A stretch of DNA of 64,000 nt from Candidatus Pacearchaeota archaeon (GCA_018303845.1 JAGVXH010000005.1:6665-70664); one strand, 5' to 3'. Positions 49,828 to 59,721 are shown, counted from the first letter of the stretch. Notes: generated by a model from the sequence alone, not told the origin. Numbers and translations are program-made.

Positions 49828-50532
49828 CTAAAAATTTTCCCTCTTATCTCTCTTGGAATAAATTTCACTCCCAAGAATCGCAGATATAGTATATGCTAAC
49901 GCAAACTCACAATAAATAGAAGGAAAAGCAAGCCCCATAGCAGGAAAAATAGAAAGCAAAAGAAGTGGAGCGATAATAGTAACAGTGCCAATAATAATCC
50001 AAAAATAATAAATTTTATGCATATTTCTTTTTTTAATATGTAAAAGAAAAATTACCCCCACTATAAGTATAAACCCAAAATAATAAGTTAAATAAGCAAT
50101 AGATAAAAAAAGATGCTTGGAAGAATACAAAAATGTTTCAACATAAACAAAAAGCCAAGAACAATTAGCATTTAAAATAAAATCTTCTTTAATAAAAACA
50201 ATAAAAGTGACCACTACGGGGAAAACATAAAGAACCCAATTCCAAAATTTAGTATTGGTAAATCTAATCGCCATATGCAAACCAACGGCAGGCAAAAATG
50301 TATATGTCGCAAACCCAACAGATGCCCACAAAAAAGAATTACTAGAAACACAAAGCATAAATTCACTAAACTGATAAAAACCCAAAATATAAACAAAAAT
50401 AGCAGAAAAAACTGGAACCAAATAATTTTTATATCTAAACAAAATAAAACTAGCAACGACAAATTCTACTATTGCAGTAGTCAACGAAACCCATGGAGTA
50501 AAACACATATTAAAATCCAACAATAAAAACAC
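49828..50532 (-). CDS. Seven-TM membrane protein
   Basis: MCFTP..SL start, YQFSEFMLC, FPSIYC; about seven hydrophobic segments. Confidence 0.75.
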   Translation of the reverse strand: MFLLLDFNMCFTPWVSLTTAIVEFVVASFILFRYKNYLVPVFSAIFVYILGFYQFSEFMLCVSSNSFLWASVGFATYTFLPAVGLHMAIRFTNTKFWNWVLYVFPVVVTFIVFIKEDFILNANCSWLFVYVETFLYSSKHLFLSIAYLTYYFGFILIVGVIFLLHIKKRNMHKIYYFWIIIGTVTIIAPLLLLSIFPAMGLAFPSIYCEFALAYTISAILGSEIYSKRDKRENF

Positions 50533-50545
50533 TATTTAAATATTT

Positions 50546-52837
50546 TCAAACCCCTAATTTCTTCGCTTCAACTTCAAGCCACCTCTTCCACTTCGCAAAA
50601 ACGATATCTCCTTTCGGCACTCCAACATCCCCAGTCACCTCATCGCTAATCTGATGAAACGCATTGTTAGACATAACCGTAAAATCCCCTTCTAAAATCT
50701 CAGGCAGATTCTCTCTAATAGAAAAATCTACACTCTCTTGCTTAATCTTAGCACGAAGCAAAACATTATCCCAAACCGCATCCCAGTCCCCAGCCCAACC
50801 CTTAACATTACTTGCAATCTCTTTCATAATCTCCGAATCCCCATTCATCAAATCATCAGTCGCCTCCAACTTATCTCGCTTAACATCGTACTTCATCAAA
50901 TCAACAAATCCCCCTTCGGCCAAAGGGTCCTTGTCCCAATGCTTCCGAACCTCACTAATAGACAAAACCCGTCGCCAAGAATGAAGCCCATCCGCAGTCT
51001 TAATCGGATTAGCGACAACAATAATATCCGTCGCCTTAAAACTCGTAACCGGAACATCCAAGTCATTACAAACTCTATCAAATACAGAATATGGACTTCC
51101 ACCATGAATCGTACCAGCAACAACATTTGCAAGAGCCCCAACCCTCATCGCCTCATACAAAGCCTTCGCCTCACTAGAACGAATCTCTCCAACAATTAAA
51201 GACGAATCGCCCAAACGAAGACTCGCCCGAATCCCTTCCTCTGCAGAAACCTCCGACGATTCACCCCCCAAAGCCGACCGAACCTTCATTGACAAAATAT
51301 CATAATCAAGCTTCCTCATCGCAGACACGGGCAACTCCAGAGTATCTTCAATAGTAATAATTCTCTTATTGGGCATAATCTCCAAAAGCAAAGCCCCTAA
51401 AAGCGAAGTCTTTCCCGACGACCTAGTCCCAGCAACAAGCATCGTCCGTGCCCCATCAATCATAAAACTCAAAAGCCCCGCACTCAAACTATCCATCATC
51501 CCATTCTTAATAAAAAGCGGCAAAGTCCAAGGCTTACTTCTATGTCTTCTCAAAGTATAAGCAAGCCCACCAGCGGACAAAGGCTCCTGAATAATCGCAA
51601 CTCTCGCGCTCACATCCCCAAGCTCCAAATTCGTATCTAATATAGGGTTAGCCTCATCAAGTGCCCGCCCACTAATCATCCTAAACTTCGCAGCCCAAGA
51701 ATCCGCATCCTCCATCGACGGAACCAAATTACTAACACACTCACCAAATTCATTATGCCTAACAAAAATCTTAGACAAACTAACCGGAGCATTAACCATA
51801 ATATCCTGCAAATCCTCATCTTGCAACAACACTTCTAAAACTCCAAACCCAATCGTATGCCGAACCAAAATATTCGCAAGCTTCTTCAAATCCCCATAAC
51901 TCAAAACAACATTCTTGCTTCCAGCCAAATCACTAATCAAATCCCGAGCAACATTATAAAAAACTTGCCGCGTTCTCTCAGGATCGCTAAATTCTTCAGC
52001 AGTCGGTCGATGCTCAATTAAAACATTCCGCGCCAAATTTAAAAGCATATGATGGTCCTCATCTAACAAATATTCAGGCGGAGACAAATGATAAACCAAC
52101 TTTGCCTTATTCGGAACTTTAAAAATACTAACCAAGCTCTCATCGCTCCCACTCGCAATGCTATACTGCTTCACAATCTCGGCATCCGTCGGAATCTTCG
52201 CAACCATCCGCGTGAAAGTAAAATTCGGCATAATATCCGCACGAAAAACCTCTCCATATATCGCCCTATCTCCAACAGAATACGAATCAAAAAAATCCTT
52301 CAACCGTCGAACAAGCTCCAAATCCTCAAACCATCCTTCCAACTTCTCCAGCAACCGAACATAATCACTCTCCCTACTCCTCACACTTTGCCCCTTACCC
52401 CTCTTCACCTGTTGTGCCTTCAACCGAAACAATTTCCCACGCAACTCACGATAAGCCAAAATCGGATCCACAGATAATAACTCATTAACAATCCTATTCA
52501 AAAAAACATAGGCCTCTTCATAATCCTCGCCAAGTCCGCTAAGTCTCTCGGAAGAAACAATCCGCTCCTGCTTCATTAAAAAAGTAACTAATGCAGCAAC
52601 CCCCTGCAACATTCTAACCTGCGAAAAATCATAAGAATAATTTCTCTGCTGCACAAAAACAATCCGCGCAATATTAGACTCCTCGCGAAGCGCATCAATT
52701 GTCCGTCCCATCACTTCCGAAAAATCAACAAGCGACGGAACAATTCGGTCACCCAAATAATTCACATACATCACATTCTCTCCACTGTCCCGAACAACCT
52801 CATAAGAATACAAAGCCGCGTCCCCCTTAAACATCAT
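50546..52837 (-). CDS. Type II/IV secretion (TadA/VirB11-like) ATPase
   Basis: Walker A GTRSSGKT, TIEDTLE, LRLG...IVGEIR, GTIHG. Confidence 0.93.
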   Translation of the reverse strand: MMFKGDAALYSYEVVRDSGENVMYVNYLGDRIVPSLVDFSEVMGRTIDALREESNIARIVFVQQRNYSYDFSQVRMLQGVAALVTFLMKQERIVSSERLSGLGEDYEEAYVFLNRIVNELLSVDPILAYRELRGKLFRLKAQQVKRGKGQSVRSRESDYVRLLEKLEGWFEDLELVRRLKDFFDSYSVGDRAIYGEVFRADIMPNFTFTRMVAKIPTDAEIVKQYSIASGSDESLVSIFKVPNKAKLVYHLSPPEYLLDEDHHMLLNLARNVLIEHRPTAEEFSDPERTRQVFYNVARDLISDLAGSKNVVLSYGDLKKLANILVRHTIGFGVLEVLLQDEDLQDIMVNAPVSLSKIFVRHNEFGECVSNLVPSMEDADSWAAKFRMISGRALDEANPILDTNLELGDVSARVAIIQEPLSAGGLAYTLRRHRSKPWTLPLFIKNGMMDSLSAGLLSFMIDGARTMLVAGTRSSGKTSLLGALLLEIMPNKRIITIEDTLELPVSAMRKLDYDILSMKVRSALGGESSEVSAEEGIRASLRLGDSSLIVGEIRSSEAKALYEAMRVGALANVVAGTIHGGSPYSVFDRVCNDLDVPVTSFKATDIIVVANPIKTADGLHSWRRVLSISEVRKHWDKDPLAEGGFVDLMKYDVKRDKLEATDDLMNGDSEIMKEIASNVKGWAGDWDAVWDNVLLRAKIKQESVDFSIRENLPEILEGDFTVMSNNAFHQISDEVTGDVGVPKGDIVFAKWKRWLEVEAKKLGV

Positions 52838-52930
52838 TTACCGTATTCACCTCGAGCAACCAAAACAAAAAAGATTATTAAAACATATGTGTCCTAAACA
52901 ATTATAAACTTCTGAAACCTTCCCATAATC

Positions 52931-53320
52931 ATGACGCATCCGCAAGACACCGACGCCCAAATCAAATTCCTCTTATCTGATTTCAACACAAGATTAAAAG
53001 ACACAGACGAACGAAACAAATTAATCAGAGAACGAGTCCTTCTTCTAGGAAAAAACCTAATCTCATCTCGCCAAGAAACAGAAGACGAAATAAAAGCAAT
53101 CAAACAAGAAAATGCCCAAATAAAACAAGACCTAGAAAAATTAAAAAGAACTTCTCTTTCCCTTCTAACAGAATTCAACAAATTCGTCAAGCGAGAAGAA
53201 CTAGCCCTAGTAGAAAGAATGCTCAAAGATTTCCAGCCACTAGAATTCATGCGAAGAAAAGACGTAGAAGAATTAATAGACAATAAAATAAATATAAAAA
53301 CCACAAAACCCAAACAATAA
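52931..53320 (+). CDS. Coiled-coil hypothetical protein
   Basis: Heptad pattern; divergent from the ATPase. Confidence 0.75.
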   Translation: MTHPQDTDAQIKFLLSDFNTRLKDTDERNKLIRERVLLLGKNLISSRQETEDEIKAIKQENAQIKQDLEKLKRTSLSLLTEFNKFVKREELALVERMLKDFQPLEFMRRKDVEELIDNKINIKTTKPKQ

Positions 53321-53321
53321 C

Positions 53322-54008
53322 ATGACAATTTTAGATAAAATAATTCAAATGCAAAAAGAAGGTATATCCGACAACGAAATAATGGCACAACTGCAAAATG
53401 AAGGAATCCGCCCATCTCTAATAAGCGACGCATTCCAACAAGCCAAAATAAAAAACGCCGTCTCACCTCTAGAAGAACCAATAGACCAATATCAAGAACA
53501 ACAAATGCCATATCCTCAAGAAATGCAACCATCAATAATGCCAACTCAAAGCCAAACAGCATCACAGCCACCAATCCAATACGCACCACAACCTCAAGAA
53601 CAATACCAACAGCCACAACAACAATACGACTACTATACACCACAACCTCAAGCCTATTCAGAACAAGATTACTACCCACAACAAGAAGGTTACGGAACAG
53701 AAACAATATCAGAAATAGCTCAACAAGTAGTAACCGAATCCCTCGATGCCTACAAATCAAAAGTCGGAGACATAGCCTCATTCAAATCCCAAATCCAAAA
53801 CAAAGTAAACGATATAGACGACCGACTAAAAAGAATCGAAAATTCAATAGACCGTCTTCAGCAAGCAATCCTTGGGAAAATAGGAGAATTCGGAGAATCA
53901 AGTGCCATGATTCATCAAGATCTAGACAACCTCCACGGAACAATGTCAAAACTGATGAACCCACTAATTGACAACGTAAATGAAATGAGAAAAATTTCTA
54001 AAAAATAA
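53322..54008 (+). CDS. Hypothetical protein: helical N-domain, Gln/Pro/Tyr-rich linker, coiled coil
   Basis: Composition and heptads; coupled to the previous gene. Confidence 0.8.
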   Translation: MTILDKIIQMQKEGISDNEIMAQLQNEGIRPSLISDAFQQAKIKNAVSPLEEPIDQYQEQQMPYPQEMQPSIMPTQSQTASQPPIQYAPQPQEQYQQPQQQYDYYTPQPQAYSEQDYYPQQEGYGTETISEIAQQVVTESLDAYKSKVGDIASFKSQIQNKVNDIDDRLKRIENSIDRLQQAILGKIGEFGESSAMIHQDLDNLHGTMSKLMNPLIDNVNEMRKISKK

Positions 54009-54011
54009 AAA

Positions 54012-54497
54012 CTAACCCTTCTTAGTAATCGTAACCGAAACTATACCTGCAATCACCAAAAGCAAAACCATCCCAAACCATTCCGTATCAAACCAACTTC
54101 TAATCATCCCCCAATTAATAGCCCAATTAAAAATATAAGCAGAACTAATCACAAAAAAAACCACACCTAGGCCGAAGACAATCATACCAAGCCAACTTTT
54201 CTCTCCTCCAAAGAATTTCCCTATATCCACTCCAGGAACAAGTGCAACTAGTGTAATCAAGAAAAAGACTGTAACAACCGCCATCCCAAACCATGCACCA
54301 CTCCATTCGACAAACTCAACAAGCTGAGCCTCAACAATAAAAAAACTAGAAACAATAAAAGAAATAAAAATCATCATCGTAGGACTATTCCCCAAAATAG
54401 CACTCTTAACAAGCAATGCATAAACAACAATAAATACCAACAAAAAAGCAAAAATAGGCAAAAAGTACCCAATCGTAGAAACAGAAGCTACTGCCAT
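54012..54497 (-). CDS. Membrane protein, paralog 3 of a tandem triplet
   Basis: FAFLLVFIVVYALLVKSAILG motif; start MAVAS. Confidence 0.8.
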   Translation of the reverse strand: MAVASVSTIGYFLPIFAFLLVFIVVYALLVKSAILGNSPTMMIFISFIVSSFFIVEAQLVEFVEWSGAWFGMAVVTVFFLITLVALVPGVDIGKFFGGEKSWLGMIVFGLGVVFFVISSAYIFNWAINWGMIRSWFDTEWFGMVLLLVIAGIVSVTITKKG

Positions 54498-54994
54498 TAA
54501 GGACCCTTCTTCCCGCCTTTTGAAGCAACAACAATTACTGCAATAATAGCACCCAAAACTAAAAGCGCCCAAACATTTTCAGCAAACCATCCGCCGAATC
54601 CACCAAGATTACTCCATTCATCCCAAGAGCTAAGCGACCAGATAATCGTCCCAATCCCAATAATAAAACCAAATGGAACCAACTTGCCCAAATCCGTGCC
54701 ATCACCCTTAGTAAAAAATCCCAAAAAAATTAATATCACCAAAAACAAACTAAGACCAACTCCAAATCTCGGAAAAACGATTGCATAAAACTGACTTACA
54801 AAATCAAACTGCAAACTAAGCAAACCCAAAGCAACCGAAATAATCGCCAAAATTCCATCATTCTCATCTCCCAAAATCTTACTCTTCTTCAAAATAGCAA
54901 ACACAACCGCGAAAATCAACAAAAACGGAATCACATAAGAAAAAACGCCCATATCATTCCAGATATTCAAAACATCCGTAATCGTAGTAACCAT
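54497..54994 (-). CDS. Membrane protein, paralog 2 of a tandem triplet
   Basis: IPFLLIFAVVFAILKKSKILG motif. Confidence 0.8.
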   Translation of the reverse strand: MVTTITDVLNIWNDMGVFSYVIPFLLIFAVVFAILKKSKILGDENDGILAIISVALGLLSLQFDFVSQFYAIVFPRFGVGLSLFLVILIFLGFFTKGDGTDLGKLVPFGFIIGIGTIIWSLSSWDEWSNLGGFGGWFAENVWALLVLGAIIAVIVVASKGGKKGP

Positions 54995-55032
54995 ATCCTA
55001 AACCATCAATCCATATTTATATATCTTTCCAA

Positions 55033-55527
55033 CTAAGACTTTTTCTTCCCGCCAAAAACAGCAACAGCCATGACACCCAATATAATAACAACCATAATCA
55101 CATTCATCCAAATATCATCACCAGCCCCACCAAAAGAGTCCCAAATCTTATTCCCCCAACCCGTAACAAACAAAACAACCACAACAGTAAACACAGCAGC
55201 CAAACCACCAAAAGTATATTTTAAACCATTAGGCATAGAACTCAAATCCCCAGCAGCAAAACCATACAAAACAAAAAACACCAAAAGAATAGCAACACCA
55301 ACAGCCATCCAAGGCATCAATCCAACAACAATATCCCGTGGACCAGGAACACCAATCAAAATCAAACCAACAACCATCCCAACAATCGCATCAACCTGAG
55401 CCTTCCCATCTCCCAAAATCTTCGACTTCTGTAAAATCGCAAACACAACAACAAACACTAACAAGAACGGCAACAACATCTCCGTAAAAAACACATTCTC
55501 AAATATCATATCAACACTAACAATCAA
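55033..55527 (-). CDS. Membrane protein, paralog 1 of a tandem triplet
   Basis: LPFLLVFVVVFAILQKSKILG motif. Confidence 0.8.
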   Translation of the reverse strand: MIVSVDMIFENVFFTEMLLPFLLVFVVVFAILQKSKILGDGKAQVDAIVGMVVGLILIGVPGPRDIVVGLMPWMAVGVAILLVFFVLYGFAAGDLSSMPNGLKYTFGGLAAVFTVVVVLFVTGWGNKIWDSFGGAGDDIWMNVIMVVIILGVMAVAVFGGKKKS

Positions 55528-55617
55528 ACTTATTTAAAACTTACTAACCTCTAAATCCAATCCCATCCATATACTAATTCCTAAAATCAATTAAAGAATA
55601 AACCTGCAAATTAAATG

Positions 55618-55659
55618 TTCATGCGAAGACATGCGGCGTAGCCCATGGATTTGCATGAA
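55618..55659. repeat. Divergent REP-like hairpin with cGTAg loop
   Basis: TTCATGCGAAGACATGCGGC-GTA-GCCCATGGATTTGCATGAA. Confidence 0.65.
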
Positions 55660-55893
55660 ATATTAATAACCAACAAAAACCCAACTTCTAATTATCAAAA
55701 ATTAACAAATACAAATCTTCAATTTATTAAAATTTAAATTTCCCTTTTAGGCAAAAATATCATTAGCTATTTTTTTTATATATCCAGGCTCACCTATGCC
55801 ATAAACAAAAATCATCCTCTTGCCATAATTAATAACATCCCCAATAATCTCCTTATTATGAGGACTCAAGATATCTTCATAAACAGAAAGCAT

Positions 55894-56112
55894 TTAGTTT
55901 AATCCGCCTATGGCCGAAGTTATTTTATCAACATATTCTCTGCTAGAAAACTTCCTTATAGAATCCTCAAAATTGGCAACTCTCATACCTAACTTATGAT
56001 ACTGCGAAAACTCTGGAATAAAAGTCAAATCTTTTGATATTTGCTCATCAATAAAATACCCATAAGCAAACGCTCTATCTACCGAAATTTCTTGTAATTC
56101 ATTATCCTTCAT
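55894..56112 (-). CDS. Hypothetical protein
   Basis: Probable start MKDNEL with a TATA-like box upstream. Confidence 0.5.
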   Translation of the reverse strand: MKDNELQEISVDRAFAYGYFIDEQISKDLTFIPEFSQYHKLGMRVANFEDSIRKFSSREYVDKITSAIGGLN

Positions 56113-56160
56113 AAAAAACATAACAAAAAACCTTTTATAAAAATTAGCAACCAAACCTAC

Positions 56161-56460
56161 CTACATTTCTTCAGCATCATCAGCTTCAAAATCCATATCT
56201 TCCTCTCCCCTTTGAACCGGAACAGCATTCTTATTAATAATTACAACATCTCCAATCGCCTTGATAAACTGATGCGGAACAATAATTCCTCGAGCTCCAC
56301 CCAAAATCTCAATCATTCCAGAATCTCTAGAAACAACAATTCTCCAGCCATCAATCTTATTATCAATCAAATTCAATTCCTCAACAACACCAAATAAATC
56401 ACCAGAATCTGTATAGACTCTCAGTCCAATCACGTCACTCATTCGTTTTATTTTTAACAT
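56161..56460 (-). CDS. PRC-barrel domain protein (CdpB-like)
   Basis: SDVIG.RVYT.SG..FG.VEE...IIVP...IKAIGDVVII. Confidence 0.88.
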   Translation of the reverse strand: MLKIKRMSDVIGLRVYTDSGDLFGVVEELNLIDNKIDGWRIVVSRDSGMIEILGGARGIIVPHQFIKAIGDVVIINKNAVPVQRGEEDMDFEADDAEEM

Positions 56461-56586
56461 AATCGACTTACCCCACTTTCATTTAAATACATTTCTATGC
56501 TAGACTAATCATATCACACCAATACAAAGCCGAAACAAAGCCAACCCATTAGGTAACTTTATAAAAATCTCCAGCCTAACTAAATA

Positions 56587-57201
56587 ATGGATAAAAGGGA
56601 AATAGCAACAATAATCCTAGCAACAATAATCATGGCTCTAGCAGCCTCGTTCAAAGATACCTCAATATTCTATGTAGCCACTCTATCCTTCCTAATAATA
56701 ATATCAGTAAATATTATCGCAAAAAAAATTGTAGGCTTCCATTTCGAAACCGATGTCAAAACAAAATTTTGGACATGGTACAGATTCGGACTCAGGCAAG
56801 ACATGCATTTCAAAAGTCCAGTCCCAATGGCATGGCTACCTCTTCTATTAGCTCTCTTCACAAAAGGGCACCTTTTATGGCTCGGTATCTTAGAATTTGA
56901 CATTGCGGCAAAAGCAGAACGAGTTGCAAAAAGACATGGGATATATAGATTCACTCAAGTCACAGAATGGCACATGGCATGGATAGCAATCTGGGGAATC
57001 ATAGCAAATCTAATATTCGCCATCGGAGCCTACGCATTAGGATTTGAGCTCTTTGCAAAACTCTCAATTTACTTCATAGCATGGAACACAATCCCAATCG
57101 GCAGACTCGACGGAGCAAAAATATTCTATGCAAATCGAGCTCTTTGGACAATAATATTCGCGATAACTGCAATTGTACTAGGATGGGGAATAGTCATATA
57201 A
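56587..57201 (+). CDS. M50/site-2 protease-like membrane protein lacking HExxH
   Basis: NTIPIGRLDGAKI (NxxPxxxLDG motif); the expected zinc helix reads SVNIIAKK. Confidence 0.65.
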   Translation: MDKREIATIILATIIMALAASFKDTSIFYVATLSFLIIISVNIIAKKIVGFHFETDVKTKFWTWYRFGLRQDMHFKSPVPMAWLPLLLALFTKGHLLWLGILEFDIAAKAERVAKRHGIYRFTQVTEWHMAWIAIWGIIANLIFAIGAYALGFELFAKLSIYFIAWNTIPIGRLDGAKIFYANRALWTIIFAITAIVLGWGIVI

Positions 57202-58139
57202 TGCCACATAAAAAATACAAAATAGACAGACTCAAAAAAACCAAATTCTCATTAGTCCTATCAGGGGGGTCATCATTAGGGCTAGCCCACATCGGAACAA
57301 TAAAATTTTTAGAACATCATCACCTAGAACCCTCTGAAATTATAGGAACATCAATGGGAAGCATAGTCGGAGCACTCTATGCGATGGGAGAAACTGCAGA
57401 AACAATAGAAGAAAAATTAAAAAATTTAGAAATAAACGACCTCTTCGAAATCAAATACCTACAAGGAAGAATCGACTATAGAAAAGCCAAAGCCTTTCTA
57501 AAAAATATATTCCAAAATAAAAAAATCCAAGACACAAGGATACCATTAAAAATAATAGCAACAAAACTAAAAAATGGAGAAGAAAAAATATTTACGAAAG
57601 AAGACAATGTAAAAATTTACGATGCCATAATAGCCTCAATATCTATCCCCGGAGTTCTTGAAGCAGAAAAAATAAAAAACGAAATATATATAGACGGATG
57701 CGTAAGCTCAAATCTGCCAATAGAAGCAGCAAAAAAAGACAACATTAAACTAGCAATAAATGTAATAAACAAAAAAGCTAGAAACTACCACTACGAAAAC
57801 CCCAAACATAGCTTCATAAAAAATCTGATAACAAAGTTTCAAATTCTAAGACGATCTTCAAGATACTACATTCTGAATCAAACAGAATCAAAAATAAAAA
57901 CAACAAAAAAACTAATCCTAATAGAGCCAAACCTAAAAAGATTCAACTCATTCAAACTAGTAAACCATAAAAAAATAATCCAAGCAGGATATCTTGAAAC
58001 CAAAAAATATTTCGATGAAGCAGAAAAAATATATAATAAAAAACATAAGAAAAAAACAATGACTCCCCTAGAAAGAGTAATGACCTTCCCATTAAGAAGC
58101 ACAAAAAAAATGATAGAAAATATACAAAAACTAAAATAA
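57201..58139 (+). CDS. Patatin-like phospholipase
   Basis: LVLSGGSSLGLAHIG, GTSMG, ASISIPG, IDGC..NLP. Confidence 0.92.
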   Translation: MPHKKYKIDRLKKTKFSLVLSGGSSLGLAHIGTIKFLEHHHLEPSEIIGTSMGSIVGALYAMGETAETIEEKLKNLEINDLFEIKYLQGRIDYRKAKAFLKNIFQNKKIQDTRIPLKIIATKLKNGEEKIFTKEDNVKIYDAIIASISIPGVLEAEKIKNEIYIDGCVSSNLPIEAAKKDNIKLAINVINKKARNYHYENPKHSFIKNLITKFQILRRSSRYYILNQTESKIKTTKKLILIEPNLKRFNSFKLVNHKKIIQAGYLETKKYFDEAEKIYNKKHKKKTMTPLERVMTFPLRSTKKMIENIQKLK

Positions 58140-58172
58140 TATAGAAACGAAATTTATCTTTTCTAAAAACCA

Positions 58173-59717
58173 ATGAAAGAATTAAGCCTAACCCCCAGAG
58201 CCTACCAGTCTTCAATACTAGAAACCTGCAAAGAAAACGATTGCTTAGTCGTACTCCCGACAGGAACGGGAAAAACCTTAATAGCCCTAATGCTAACCAT
58301 CCACAGATTCAAATCTTTTCCTCTTCAAAAAATCCTAATCCTCGCTCCAACAAAACCCCTAATCGAACAGCATTACGATTCATTCAAAAAAAATCTACCA
58401 AGCGACTGGGCAGATATGCAACTCTTCACAGGGAAAACCCCTTCAACAAAAAGAAAAGAAATATGGGAAACCGCAGAATTCATTTTCTCAACGCCTCAAT
58501 GCATCGCAAACGACATAAAAAAGGAACTCTATAAACTCTCCGATGTATCCCTCCTAATCGTAGACGAATGCCACCGATGTCTAAAAAATTATGCCTACAA
58601 CGAAATAGCCAAGCGTTACAAATCACAAGCAACAAATCAAAGAATACTAGCACTAACAGCTTCACCAGGCGGAGACAAAATAACAATCCAAGAAGTCTGC
58701 AAAAACTTAGGAATAAAAGCCGTAGAAATCAGAACCCGAGAATCCCCAGACGTAACTCCATATCTCCAAGACTTAGAATTCGAAAAAATAGAAGTAAACT
58801 TCCCCCCATCCTTTCTAGAAATAAAAATACTTCTTGAAACAATCTATAATAGGAAAATATCCGAACTAAAACATCGAGGCATTTTCTTCGGACAACCCTC
58901 AAAAACTATGCTCCTAAAAACTCAAGGCCGGCTCATCCAAGAAATAAAAAAGAAAAAGGATCTAAATAAACTCCTTGCAATGTCGGCAACAGCAACCGCT
59001 CTAAAAATATCACACGCCCTAATCCTACTAGAAACCCAAACAGTCTCTTCCTTTATTGCCTACATGAAAGACCTTTTCCAACAAGCCGCAGAAAAAAAAT
59101 CCCGCGGAGTAGAAAGGCTAACCAAATCTCCAGAATTCACAAAAGCATTTTCCCTAGCTTTAACCCTAGAACAAGAACATCCAAAACTACAAAAATTAAA
59201 AGAGCTAGTAAAAACACAATTTGAAAACGATCCAAAATCCAAAATCATAATCTTCGCACAATACAGAGAAACCGTCCGAACAATTTCCGAAGAACTAAAT
59301 AAAATACCGCAAGTAAAAGCAGACAACTTCGTCGGACAAGCAATCAAAGAACACGCAAAAGGAAAAACAACAGGACTAAAACAAAAAGAACAAAAAGCGA
59401 TGATAGAAAAATTTAAACTAGGAGAAATAAATATATTGGTCGCAACTTCCATTGCCGAAGAAGGCCTCGACATCCCAGAAGTTTCCGAAGTCATATTCTA
59501 CGAACCAATTCCCTCGGCAATTAGAAGCATACAAAGAAGAGGCCGAACCGCAAGACTTTCTAAAGGAAAATTAAAAATACTTGTAACCAAACAAACACTA
59601 GATGAAACATTCTACTATGTAGCACAAAACAAAGAGAGAAAAATGCATTCAGCAATTGGCCAAATAAAAAAAGACTTCGAAAACCCAATAAAAGAATATC
59701 AAGAAACTCTTTTGTAA
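58173..59717 (+). CDS. Hef/FANCM-like SF2 helicase (helicase half only)
   Basis: PRAYQ, LPTGTGKT, DECHR, TASPG, ATSIAEEGLDIP, IQRRGRTAR. Confidence 0.93.
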   Translation: MKELSLTPRAYQSSILETCKENDCLVVLPTGTGKTLIALMLTIHRFKSFPLQKILILAPTKPLIEQHYDSFKKNLPSDWADMQLFTGKTPSTKRKEIWETAEFIFSTPQCIANDIKKELYKLSDVSLLIVDECHRCLKNYAYNEIAKRYKSQATNQRILALTASPGGDKITIQEVCKNLGIKAVEIRTRESPDVTPYLQDLEFEKIEVNFPPSFLEIKILLETIYNRKISELKHRGIFFGQPSKTMLLKTQGRLIQEIKKKKDLNKLLAMSATATALKISHALILLETQTVSSFIAYMKDLFQQAAEKKSRGVERLTKSPEFTKAFSLALTLEQEHPKLQKLKELVKTQFENDPKSKIIIFAQYRETVRTISEELNKIPQVKADNFVGQAIKEHAKGKTTGLKQKEQKAMIEKFKLGEINILVATSIAEEGLDIPEVSEVIFYEPIPSAIRSIQRRGRTARLSKGKLKILVTKQTLDETFYYVAQNKERKMHSAIGQIKKDFENPIKEYQETLL

Positions 59718-59721
59718 TTTA

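Noticed and set aside
34385-52837. Archaellum operon
   Set aside because: No archaellin-type N-termini and no ArlH-like ATPase are recognisable; the layout fits a pilus/Tad-like system.
52894-53781. 295-aa minus-strand ORF
   Set aside because: Antisense to two well-formed, coupled + strand genes.
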